Sequence record: MK250029.1
Direction: 5' to 3' (one strand)
Source of the DNA: Prevotella phage Lak-C1
DNA: 32,000 bases
Positions 19,880 to 28,819 of this stretch are shown piece after piece. The notes below the pieces were generated by a model. The model searched no databases, was not told the DNA's origin, and saw nothing but the letters and a program-made list of their open reading frames with translations. The translations under genes and the position numbers were made by a program. Each line of letters begins with the position of its first letter. The stretch's first letter is position 1.

Positions 19880-20491
19880 ATGAATAAAAAGGCATTATAT
19901 GAAGCTATAATGAGAGATATTAGCAAAATCGTTAAGAAAAAAATTAACGAAAATATGGAAGAAAATACAATTAATATTCCATCTCAATATTATGATGAAG
20001 ATGGTGATATTGATTTAAGTGATCTTTCGGTATTACCACAAAATATTATCAATGCATTGGCAAAGGATCTTCTTACTAATGGAGATTTTCAAGAAGACGA
20101 TAGAGATGATGATTGTCTCATGTGTAGTATATTACCATATATTGATTCAAAAAATGAAAATGCTACTATTTTAACACGTTCATTAGAAGATTATGGTATG
20201 TGTTTATCATTCAATGCAACAGTCGATTATGAAAATATTGATCATGCAGCATATCCATCAAATGATAGAGACGTTCCTGATGATCCGGCATATAGAGAAT
20301 GTGATATTAAAGATGTTGTAATTTCTGGTTTAATGTTAACTGACGGTGACCAAGAAATTATGATTAATGACCCAGATATTATTGAAAAGGTAAAGGATGA
20401 AACATTATCATCTAATGTTATTGATAATTTCAGAATTGAATAGGAAGAGTCATATGATCCATATGAAATGGATGATTATTATGAAGACTAA
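19880..20491 (+). CDS. Hypothetical acidic protein
   Basis: Track ORF ends at TAG 20441-20443; reading through gives QEESYDPYEMDDYYED then TAA (203 aa), followed directly by a terminator hairpin. Confidence 0.75.
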
Positions 20492-20505
20492 TAATTAAAA
20501 ACAAT

Positions 20506-20539
20506 AAAGGTTAATAAGCATAAACACTTATTAACCTTT
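20506..20539 (+). terminator. Hairpin terminator
   Basis: AAAGGTTAATAAG (20506-20518) perfectly complementary to CTTATTAACCTTT (20527-20539), followed by AATTTTTTA. Confidence 0.85.
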
Positions 20540-20573
20540 AATTTTTTATATGATAATAAAAATGAAAAAAATG

Positions 20574-20644
20574 TTGGGATAACAGGATTCGAACCTATGA
20601 TTACTGATCCAGAGTCAGTCGTATTACCACTATACTATATCCCA
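20574..20644 (-). tRNA. tRNA-Gln(CTG)
   Basis: TGGGATA-TA-GTATAGTGGTAATAC-G-ACTGA-CTCTGGA-TCAGT-...-T-arm-TATCCCA-A; all four arms pair. Confidence 0.9.
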
Positions 20645-21057
20645 ATAAAATCTATAAGCTTACTATACTATATATTTATTATATATCGTTTTGGATTTAT
20701 GAGTTAATAAGATTTATTATACCAAAAACATTATTTTCATAAACAACCACATTTATTATTTACCGGTATGTGTTTCATTCACCTATTAATATATACGTAA
20801 TATATTAATAACATCTGGGTACTCTTTATTACTAATAAACAATGTTCCTATTTTATCATCTTAATAGAAGTAAATATGAAATTATTTTAATTATCTTCAT
20901 ATAACAATAAAACAGAAGATATTTTCAAATCATTAAAATAATCTATTTACTAATGTCAATTGCATTCTTTATTTGTGCACTATTTATAATGCAATAATCT
21001 CTCATTAAGGAACGAACTTATAGACCACTACATCTTTAAATCTGTTGTGGATTTTTG

Positions 21058-21142
21058 CGGAGAGCAGTGGTCCCGACCCACATTCACATACATGAACAAG
21101 CAATTTAGCAGATTGTCCCTAACCCCGTTAGGTTTACTCTCC
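21058..21142 (-). tRNA. tRNA-Ser(GCT), atypical T-loop
   Basis: Acceptor GGAGAGT/GCTCTCC, D-arm CCTAACGGGGTTAGG, anticodon CAAT-CTGCTAA-ATTG, variable arm TTCATGTATGTGAA; T-loop GTCGGGA instead of TTCGAAN. Confidence 0.75.
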
Positions 21143-21223
21143 AAATTGATTAATAAATTATATCAATCAATTTTATTTACTATATTTATAGTATATTATA
21201 ATCAAAAAGTTTACTTTTTATCA

Positions 21224-21568
21224 CTAAAAATATAATATAATTTTATTATCAGTTGATTCTTGCCGATATTCACATCTATAACCATATGTGTAAATAAGTA
21301 ATGATATAAATTGTTGAATCCATTGTTTATAACAATCTTCTGCTGGTATACTATGTTTTTTTGTTAACATTGCAACCATAGTTAATTCTGATATGATACA
21401 ATACGTACTTCCTTTTGCTACAGCATCTTTAAGTTTTTCATTTACATAATCAATAATAACATCACCACGTCTTAAAAATGATTGATTTGCTTCATATGCA
21501 ATAGAATTACGTAATTCTGTAGCTTTTGGAATTATAATATCACTTTTCTTCTGTTTAAATTTTATCAT
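21224..21568 (-). CDS. Hypothetical protein
   Basis: 114 aa intact ORF, start overlaps upstream stop (ATGA). Confidence 0.75.
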   Translation of the reverse strand: MIKFKQKKSDIIIPKATELRNSIAYEANQSFLRRGDVIIDYVNEKLKDAVAKGSTYCIISELTMVAMLTKKHSIPAEDCYKQWIQQFISLLIYTYGYRCEYRQESTDNKIILYF

Positions 21569-21954
21569 TGAAAATTTTCATATTTATCCTTTAATTGTTG
21601 AAGTCTTCTATAATTCGTATACAATACATTTGCATCACCACTAGTAGGATTATTCACCAATTTATAATAATCTAATTCTGCCTGTAAATATTCAGATTTT
21701 GCTATTTGGTAATCTGCTTCTTTATAAGCATTGAATAAATCTGGTTCATATTGTTCAAGTGAATCACCATATTTTTCTTCTGTTACATTATTAATTAATG
21801 AAACTCTCGAATCATTAAATATATGGTGTTGAAAATCTTCAGTTATATTTGAAGATTCTTTTTTTATTATTTCATCCTTTTTATTAATTACATATATAAC
21901 ATACTATTTAGATGAAAAAAGTAATTTAATTAATTTAAAAATGTTCATCTTCAT
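21565..21954 (-). CDS. Hypothetical protein with hydrophobic N-terminus
   Basis: 129 aa with one in-frame TAG: MKMNIFKLIKLLFSSK[TAG]YVIYVINKKDEIIKKE...QQLKDKYENFQ, ends TGA. Absent from track. Confidence 0.7.
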
Positions 21955-22306
21955 TTAAAATAAATTTCGTACAATCTCGCGTTTTATATAGAAATTCTTT
22001 TGCCGCTTCATATGATAAAAAATAATTTGAAACTAATTCTTTGTCAATTCCAGTACATACTATCTGGTTATCAGTTTTCATTAAAAAATCGCGAAAAAAT
22101 GGTAAAATACTGAAGTAATTCCAGTAAATTTTGTAATATTTTATATGTTTTCCTAAACCTATATCAAATTCATCAACATATTTAATAGTATACTCAATTG
22201 GACCAAAAATATTAAATATTTTCTTAATTTGTATATCTCTATCATATGTTAATGATATTAGGTACATATAAAAAAATGTGAATATTAATATATTTGTAAT
22301 CATCAC
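21935..22306 (-). CDS. Hypothetical protein with N-terminal hydrophobic segment
   Basis: 123 aa intact ORF. Confidence 0.75.
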   Translation of the reverse strand: MMITNILIFTFFYMYLISLTYDRDIQIKKIFNIFGPIEYTIKYVDEFDIGLGKHIKYYKIYWNYFSILPFFRDFLMKTDNQIVCTGIDKELVSNYFLSYEAAKEFLYKTRDCTKFILNEDEHF

Positions 22307-22449
22307 AATTCATTTTCTAAATTTTCTAATTTTATCTCTAACAACCTTATCCTGTTTTCTTGTGTTAAAATAATAGTTTTTAACTTATTAATAGAATCAA
22401 TAATTTCATTTATCTTATCATATAATTGTTTTTCTTGCTCATTACTCAT
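22303..22449 (-). CDS. Small coiled-coil-like protein
   Basis: 48 aa: MSNEQEKQLYDKINEIIDSINKLKTIILTQENRIRLLEIKLENLENEL; overlaps its neighbours by 4 bp. Confidence 0.6.
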   Translation of the reverse strand: MSNEQEKQLYDKINEIIDSINKLKTIILTQENRIRLLEIKLENLENEL

Positions 22450-22757
22450 ATTATTATCTTATCATTTAAAATATCATCAACTATATTAACTAATATAGGG
22501 CAAACACAATTATAATAATCAAAGTCTTTTTCAAAAGAAATATCATTATTAGAAAAATCCTTATATAATTGTAAAAGAATAAATGCAACATATTTATTAA
22601 ATGGACGATCAGTGATATTATATGATGAAATATTACGTAATATTTCATATACACTTTCTGCATCCATATAAGTATCCAACTCTTTTACATATTTAACTAT
22701 ATTATTTTGAATCTGAATAATATAATTATTTATATTTGAATTATTTATAGTTATCAT
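22446..22757 (-). CDS. Hypothetical protein
   Basis: 103 aa intact ORF. Confidence 0.75.
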   Translation of the reverse strand: MITINNSNINNYIIQIQNNIVKYVKELDTYMDAESVYEILRNISSYNITDRPFNKYVAFILLQLYKDFSNNDISFEKDFDYYNCVCPILVNIVDDILNDKIII

Positions 22758-22762
22758 ATTTC

Positions 22763-22975
22763 TTACTCTTCAATAAATTTTTTAATTGTTTTTGCCATAT
22801 CAATAATTCTATCAAATTCATATCGGTCTCTATTAGCCTTCTCTGAATTTGCCCAATACATTGTATAAATCAATGCACGATCAGCTGCAGGTAACTTACC
22901 AAAGTTATCGTCATTGATTAAATCATCAAATTTATTGTTCTTAAACTTAATATTTTTAGTTTCATTTGTATTCAT
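22763..22975 (-). CDS. Small hypothetical protein
   Basis: 70 aa intact ORF. Confidence 0.7.
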   Translation of the reverse strand: MNTNETKNIKFKNNKFDDLINDDNFGKLPAADRALIYTMYWANSEKANRDRYEFDRIIDMAKTIKKFIEE

Positions 22976-22997
22976 ATAATTTATATATCAATTTATA

Positions 22998-23210
22998 TTA
23001 TTTGTTTTCATTATTATTAATAACTTTAAACTTATCAGTATCAGGAATAATGGCTAAACTACCCCATGTTCCATGAAGCTGTCCAATACTATCGATAAAT
23101 TGAACAACACCTTCACGTCCAATATATGAGTTTACAACTGTATCATAACCACAATCATCAACCCATAAAATTTTAATAGTATCTCCTATCTTTACGTTTT
23201 CTTGTTCCAT
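22998..23210 (-). CDS. Small hypothetical protein, beta-barrel/SH3-like pattern
   Basis: 70 aa intact ORF (KIGDTIKILWVDDCGYDTVVNSYIGREGVVQFID). Confidence 0.7.
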   Translation of the reverse strand: MEQENVKIGDTIKILWVDDCGYDTVVNSYIGREGVVQFIDSIGQLHGTWGSLAIIPDTDKFKVINNNENK

Positions 23211-23236
23211 AACAAATCTTATTTAAACATTATATA

Positions 23237-23255
23237 ACGAAGATACATATTTTAT
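23237..23255 (-). promoter_or_regulatory. Conserved intergenic motif, possible promoter
   Basis: ATAAAATATGTATCTTCGT on the minus strand; third copy of the motif. Confidence 0.45.
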
Positions 23256-23266
23256 ATTAAAAAAGA

Positions 23267-23294
23267 AAGGATACTAACTTAAATTAGTATCCTT
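23267..23294. terminator. Hairpin terminator overlapping the 3' end of the gene 23293-23679
   Basis: AAGGATACTAA, loop CTTAAA, TTAGTATCCTT: perfect 11-bp stem. Confidence 0.75.
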
Positions 23295-23679
23295 AATATA
23301 TTTTCCACTATTCAAAATGATTTCTTGTATCTAAATAAAATAAATTAGTTTCATTCTTATATGCTTCCTGTTCAAATGATATATTTCTATATGCTTTATG
23401 CGAAAATCTATCTTTTGTAAATAATACACGCCATAACCATTCAAAGAAATATATTATATAGAATATAATACCACCTATATACTATTGAAGACACAATGGT
23501 AAAAAACATGCAAAATCTTTCATTTGTTCAGTATGTATAGACTCATGATTTAATATTTTTTCTTTATATCTAAGAATCTATAATTTATATGCATATTCTT
23601 TTCTGACAAATAATGTACCGAAAAGATTAATAGCAATAAAACCCTATACCGGTATAATACTATTATAAACAATTTTCAT
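23293..23679 (-). CDS. Membrane-associated HExxH protein, putative zinc peptidase
   Basis: 128 aa with 4 in-frame TAG: ...NHESIHTEQMKDFACFLPLCLQ[TAG]YIGGIIFYIIYFFEWLWRVLF...NISFEQEAYKNE. HESIH plus downstream Glu candidates. Absent from track. Confidence 0.7.
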
Positions 23680-23696
23680 TTTATTAAATTATCCTT

Positions 23697-24431
23697 TTAA
23701 TTATTTATTACTTGTTCTGTTTTTAACTCAATAATTATATCTTCTTTTATAAATAAAACATTATTATCATCTATATCTAAATATTCAATATTTTTAATAG
23801 TATTCACAAAATTATGAACAAACGTATTTAATATAGATATATCTGTATCTTCTATTCTAAATAGAAATTTAGATAATTCTGGATATGCTAATGATATTTC
23901 TTTCTTTGTAAAATATTCATCACCATTTATTAAGCCTAAACATTGTCCAGATTGAAATGCAATTAATTTTAATATATCTTCTTTTGACATATTATTATTT
24001 AATGTTGTGAAATCTATTGTTGTTAAATCAATATTTAATAATGTATTTAATCTACAATCAAAGTCACTACGTAATGCGAGTTTTACTTCTGATCTATATT
24101 GAGATCTAGATAAATGAGATAAAATAGAACGTATAGAGCGTACTATCTTTAATGGTATATTGCGTTTTACATTTTTTGTAATTAATAAAGGAGTAGTCTG
24201 ATGATGTAAAGAATATGTATTTTTAATAGCATTATTTAATTCATCTTTTGTTCCTTTATAACAATTAGAAATAATACCATCATCAATAGTTATTAAATTT
24301 CTATTTTCATTTTTATCAGATGAACAAAATATCTTACATTCATTTAATGACGATAATTTATCTACAATATATGCTATGTCTATATCAGTTGAATCAGATG
24401 AACCATATATATAATTTCCATATATTTCCAT
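23697..24431 (-). CDS. Nucleotidyltransferase-fold protein
   Basis: 244 aa starting MEIYGNYIYGSSDSTDIDIAYIV, an NTase GS-x-DxD-type motif. Confidence 0.65.
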   Translation of the reverse strand: MEIYGNYIYGSSDSTDIDIAYIVDKLSSLNECKIFCSSDKNENRNLITIDDGIISNCYKGTKDELNNAIKNTYSLHHQTTPLLITKNVKRNIPLKIVRSIRSILSHLSRSQYRSEVKLALRSDFDCRLNTLLNIDLTTIDFTTLNNNMSKEDILKLIAFQSGQCLGLINGDEYFTKKEISLAYPELSKFLFRIEDTDISILNTFVHNFVNTIKNIEYLDIDDNNVLFIKEDIIIELKTEQVINN

Positions 24432-24436
24432 TTTAA

Positions 24437-24703
24437 TTATTCTAAATTAATTTGCTTAAATATTAAATAATTCTCTAAATCTATAAGAGTCTGTAACGAT
24501 TCATCAAAGTATTGATGATCATAATTTTCATCATTTCTTGCATGCAAATCTATTAAAGCTTCATGAAATCTTGAATCCGGATATTTCTCAAAATACTTCT
24601 TCAAAATTTCCAAAATTTTCATATTACTTTCATAACGTTTACTTCTGTAATATTCAAACATCTTCTGCTCTGACTCATTTCTTTTTATATCATTCTCTAC
24701 CAT
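24437..24703 (-). CDS. Small hypothetical protein
   Basis: 88 aa intact ORF. Confidence 0.7.
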   Translation of the reverse strand: MVENDIKRNESEQKMFEYYRSKRYESNMKILEILKKYFEKYPDSRFHEALIDLHARNDENYDHQYFDESLQTLIDLENYLIFKQINLE

Positions 24704-24732
24704 AATTATAATTTATAAAATTAAATTATTAG

Positions 24733-25596
24733 TTATATACTTATATCTTTTATTTCTCTATCTAATGATATACATTTAGGATCTATATTTTCATATGTAA
24801 AAACACTATTCTATCCTTTTGGATCATCAAAGAATCTATACATAGTTGCTTTATTTCCTTCAATATAAGAACCTCTTGTTTTTAAATCTATCTTTAATAT
24901 TACTGCATTATTTATATTTTGTTTATTCTTAAATAAATCTTTTGCATAACTTTCCAATTTATTATAATTATATTTTAAATAAAAATAAACTCTATCTGGA
25001 TAATTATCACCATTAAATTGTTTAGATCTCGGTATTAACCCATTTTTCTATATTTTCTAATATGTTTTATAATCAGTTATATGGTATAAAATACCATCAC
25101 ATTCCTTATATACATAATCAGTTAATTCATATATAAATTTTGGATGTAACATAAATACATAGTTATCATTCTATCGTTCTTTTACCGCAATAAAATATCC
25201 TAAATTATAAATAATAGATTCTAGATTTATTAATGCATCTTTATTATATTCATCATCATAATCATCACAATATATATAAAAATATAATAATGGCGTTTTA
25301 TCTTTCTATAATGGATTATAATCAATTCCAGCATGATGAATAAAACCATCAAAATATTTTTTTAGTTTAGATAATGCTTTATTCGGATCCATTGTATGTA
25401 ATAAACCTTCATACAAATAATTTTGTTCACATTTTTTTAAGTAACTATATTGACATGTATCTTCTATACCATATTTTAGTTGATTATATGGCTAAAACCA
25501 TATATTATCTTTTGAATATTCTCTTAATGCATTATCATAATAATTAAATTTCATTTCAAATAAGGTTTTACCTATCAATCTATCATAACTATCCAT
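24733..25596 (-). CDS. Hypothetical protein, possibly ADP-ribosyltransferase-like
   Basis: 287 aa with 6 in-frame TAG. C-terminal half: GILYHITDYKTY[Q]KI[Q]KNGLIPRSKQFNGDNYPDRVYFYLKYNYNNWKSYAKDLF...VFTYENIDPKCIS. The gene itself is well supported; the function is tentative. Confidence 0.75.
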
Positions 25597-25597
25597 A

Positions 25598-26587
25598 TTA
25601 TTTGTGAAATTTATTATATATTATTTTCTATATATTCTACTTGAACTTCTTATAATTAGTCTATAATTCAAATATCATCGCTTGAAATTTATCTTTATCA
25701 TCCTATGTATATTCAGAAAATCTAGGTCTATAATCAAAATGATATTCGTTAATCTTATATTTTACTAAATGATATTTATAACATGAATAATTAAATATTT
25801 CCATAGGACCAAAATTATTTGAAACATATATAGTTCTTAACATATTAATATATTTTTTCATTTCTGATAATAATGTTATATCATTCAATGAATCAATATC
25901 TTCATCTTCAGATTTAACATGTTCATATACAGCATTTAATCTTGCACGCTCTTCCGATTTATTAAATATATAACATAATCTCTAACTTTTTTCAAAATAC
26001 ATATTATCCCATATAAATGGATTCGTTTCATCATCCGGTAATCTATTTTTCTCTGATTTTAAAACGTCTTTATCTTCCAATGCATACATTTCTCTTATAT
26101 GTAAAAATTCATGCTTACATGAATCTCGCAATAACTATATATTATTCTATATCATATATGAATTTAGATAAATAACTATTTCATTATCATCTTTATCTTC
26201 ACTTTTTATATATGAATAAGAAGTTGATTTTATATCATTTAATATATAAACATATATAGGATATTTTATATTTTCATTATCTACTTTTTTACATAAAGAA
26301 TTTTTAATATTATAGTTATATCCTGTATATACTTTTATATCTCTACTTATATCTATATTATCTTTATAAATATCTTCTATAACATCTATAACTTCATCAA
26401 ATACATCACTTATATGGTATTCTTCATTTATGATATTAAGCATGTCGTCATCATCATTATATTGATATTGTAATCTTCTTTCATACGACCAATTAAAATT
26501 ACCACGTAAATGTCTATAATTATTTTCATATAATTTTTTTTCATTATGAAAATAATATTCAACTAATTCCTTTACATATTTGTTCAT
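25598..26587 (-). CDS. Putative zinc metallopeptidase (HEFLH)
   Basis: 329 aa joining track ORFs 26147-26587 and 25703-25888. ...NSYMI[TAG]NNI[TAG]LLRDSCKHEFLHIREMYAL...NKSEERARLNAVYEH...; ends TAA. Confidence 0.75.
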
Positions 26588-26673
26588 ATTAAAACAAAAT
26601 TAATTTCAATATTTATAAAAAATAAAATAAGTTATAAAATTACAGGATAATTTTATAACTTATTGATAATTAG

Positions 26674-26763
26674 AGGAAGAAGTGGGATTCGAACCCACGA
26701 ACCGATATTAAACGATTTCGGGTTTTCAAGACCCGCGCATTCGACCAGCTCTGCCATCCTTCC
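26674..26763 (-). tRNA. tRNA-Ser(TGA)
   Basis: GGAAGGA/TTCTTCC acceptor, CGGGT-CTTGAAA-ACCCG anticodon arm, long variable arm, T-arm GTGGG-TTCGAAT-CCCAC. Confidence 0.92.
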
Positions 26764-26905
26764 AAATAAAAAATTAGGATTTATATTCTGTGAGAATCCT
26801 TTAACTCAATACCAATACGATGGTCTCCAAGACTTTCCATTAAATAAATTTAATGTTCTTGTAGTTACGATTCTATATCATAGTAATATAGACTATTAAT
26901 AATTG

Positions 26906-26976
26906 TTGCAACTAACGGAATCGAACCGCTTACTCTCTCGCATGATGAGAATGTGTTGCCATTACACCAAGATGCA
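26906..26976 (-). tRNA. tRNA with CAT anticodon (Met-type)
   Basis: TGCATCT-TG-GTGTAATGGCAACAC-A-TTCTC-ATCATGC-GAGAG-...-AGCGG-TTCGATT-CCGTT-AGTTGCA-A. Confidence 0.85.
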
Positions 26977-27098
26977 TGCAGAGTTTTATCGACCGCTTAT
27001 TATCTCTGTCATTCATATTTCCCCATTTATAATATTACTTTATAGATACACAATCGCGAACAGTTATCTATATTCATAAAATAAACGTATCATACTAG

Positions 27099-27172
27099 TT
27101 GCGCACTCCTGAACTCGAATCAGGGACCTCCAGGTTATGAGCCTGGCGAGCTACCAACTGCTCCAAGGCGCG
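27099..27172 (-). tRNA. tRNA with CAT anticodon, initiator-like
   Basis: CGCGCCTTGGAGCAGTTGGTAGCTCGCCAGGCTCATAACCTGG...; 5' half closely resembles bacterial fMet, and one alignment gives a C1:A72 mismatch. Confidence 0.8.
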
Positions 27173-27267
27173 ATATATAAAAACATAAAAATAATAATGA
27201 ATTCATAGATGGATTCCTGACTACCATCAAACCTCATTACATATTAAGCACATTATTCAGTCACTAC

Positions 27268-27294
27268 AAGTTAGTTCATGACGCTAACTTTTTA
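27268..27294 (+). terminator. Stem-loop followed by T tract
   Basis: AAGTTAG-TTCATGACG-CTAACTT then TTT; 7-bp perfect stem. Confidence 0.35.
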
Positions 27295-27369
27295 TGTAGG
27301 AAGGATTGATTACCTTCAAAGGCTACAGACATCATTCCATTAAAACGATTTGACCTTTCTTACGTCACT

Positions 27370-27387
27370 CACAGTTGGCCAACTGTG
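27370..27387. repeat. 18-bp perfect palindrome
   Basis: CACAGTTGGCCAACTGTG. Confidence 0.9.
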
Positions 27388-27516
27388 GTTATTTTAACCT
27401 TATGCTTCTTAATATTGATTACTCTAAATCATATCTTTTCAGATATAACCTAAATGCCTTATTTACTGTCCACAAATTATTCAGCAATATAAAAACATTA
27501 TTAAGTTATGTTATTG

Positions 27517-27588
27517 AGCTCCGAGTCGGATTCGAACCAACGACCTGCTCATTACAAGTGAGCTGCACTACCACTGTGCTATCGGAGC
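27517..27588 (-). tRNA. tRNA-Thr(TGT)
   Basis: GCTCCGA/TCGGAGC acceptor; GCTCA-CTTGTAA-TGAGC anticodon arm. Confidence 0.93.
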
Positions 27589-27668
27589 ATAAATTTTATT
27601 AACTTATTATTTATCTAATTTACTTTAAAAATTAATAATAAATCAAAAAAATATTTCATAATTATTTG

Positions 27669-27749
27669 TACCTTCACTCGGACTCGAACCGAGACGTAAT
27701 TAAACCTAGCTCCTTAGGCTAGTGACTATACCAATTCGTCTATGAAGGT
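27669..27749 (-). tRNA. tRNA-Leu(AAG)
   Basis: ACCTTCA/TGAAGGT acceptor; CTAGC-CTAAGGA-GCTAG anticodon arm; extended variable region. Confidence 0.88.
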
Positions 27750-27824
27750 ATTAAAATTAGTTTCATAAAGAAACTTTTTATTTAATAACGTAAATTTAAA
27801 ATAATTTATTTTTAACTATTTTAG

Positions 27825-27898
27825 TAGTGCGTACCGGGATCGAACCGGTGAAATACCAGCGTGAAAAACTGGCGACTTAACCACTTGTCAAACGCACC
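27825..27898 (-). tRNA. tRNA-Glu(TTC)
   Basis: GGTGCGT/ACGCACT acceptor; CCAGT-TTTTCAC-GCTGG anticodon arm; T-arm ACCGG-TTCGATC-CCGGT. Confidence 0.88.
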
Positions 27899-27981
27899 AA
27901 ATTTTTTTAAAATACATTATATTATATATAACTTTTTAAATAAAGTCTATATATTTATTAAAAATATTTTCAAAATATTTG

Positions 27982-28085
27982 TGGGAACAACAGGATTCGA
28001 ACACTGTGACGTAAGATCATTTCAACCGGTTTGTAAATACAACCCACTTACCATGGGTCTCTCACACCAACGAGAAGGTATTCCC
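27982..28085 (-). tRNA. Aberrant long (104 nt) tRNA-like element, possibly Tyr(GTA)
   Basis: Acceptor GGGAATA/TGTTCCC pairs; arm ACCCA-TGGTAAG-TGGGT would place GTA but lacks U33; large expansion before a T-arm containing a bulge. Confidence 0.5.
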
Positions 28086-28090
28086 AAATA

Positions 28091-28741
28091 TTATAATTTA
28101 TTTATATATTCCTTTAATTCTTTCGCTTTATATGGTAATTCATATTTTTTACACCATTTCTTTATAGCATTACCAGAAATACCATATAATCTTCCAATAT
28201 TTTCAAATGTAATATATTTCCTAAATAATTCTATTAACTCTTCTTTTGAAGGAATAATATAATTTTTATTGGTTTTTATATTATCAGATATTTTATTATA
28301 CTAACTAATTATAGAATTGTCTTTAAATTTATATATTAAATTATTAACAGCATTATCATCTTTTATAATTTCTGTTGGACATTCTAGTAAATTACTATGT
28401 ATTTCTCGATGACAATTAGAACATACTAATACACATTTATCTAATTCAGTTTTTACTTTATTCCAACTTCTAGTATAACCTCTACTTCCTATTGCAAAAT
28501 CTTTCTATTCAGGATTAATATGATGAAATTCTAATGCTGAAATACATTTATTATAACCACAACATTGACATCTATTCCCTTTATATGCTAATGCTAATAG
28601 TTTTATATGATCTCTTCGTTTCTAAACATATTCAGACTAACATTTCATGCATTTCCAATGAATTGAATTATCATAAAAATACTATTTAAATAAAGTATTC
28701 CCATGCTTTTTGCATATACGATATTCTTTTATATCACTCAT
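28091..28741 (-). CDS. HNH homing-endonuclease-like protein
   Basis: 216 aa with 5 in-frame TAG. NRCQCCGYNKCISALEFHHINP...CVLVCSNCHREIH and C-terminal HTH-like IGRLYGISGNAIKKWCKKYELP. Absent from track. Confidence 0.85.
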
Positions 28742-28745
28742 ATTG

Positions 28746-28819
28746 CGCTTCGGAATGGACTCGAACCATTGACTTTCTGATTAACAGTCAGACGTTCTAA
28801 CCAACTGAACTACCGAAGC
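28746..28819 (-). tRNA. tRNA-Asn(GTT)
   Basis: GCTTCGG/CCGAAGC acceptor; TCTGA-CTGTTAA-TCAGA anticodon arm. Confidence 0.95.

Noticed and set aside
26663-26899. Plus-strand ORF MIIRGRSGIRTHEPILNDFGFSRPAHS...
   Set aside because: Antisense translation of tRNA-Ser(TGA); the RSGIRTHE-type peptide is a familiar tRNA artefact.
26820-26900. Possible extra tRNA around ggtctccaagactttcc
   Set aside because: No T-loop or consistent acceptor helix could be drawn.
27375-27602. Plus-strand ORF containing VELRVGFEPTTCSLQVSC
   Set aside because: Antisense read through tRNA-Thr; GFEPTT-type peptide is a tRNA artefact.
27861-28262. Plus-strand 133-aa ORF
   Set aside because: Runs antisense across tRNA-Glu, the 104-nt tRNA-like element and the HNH gene; composition is typical of spurious AT-rich ORFs.
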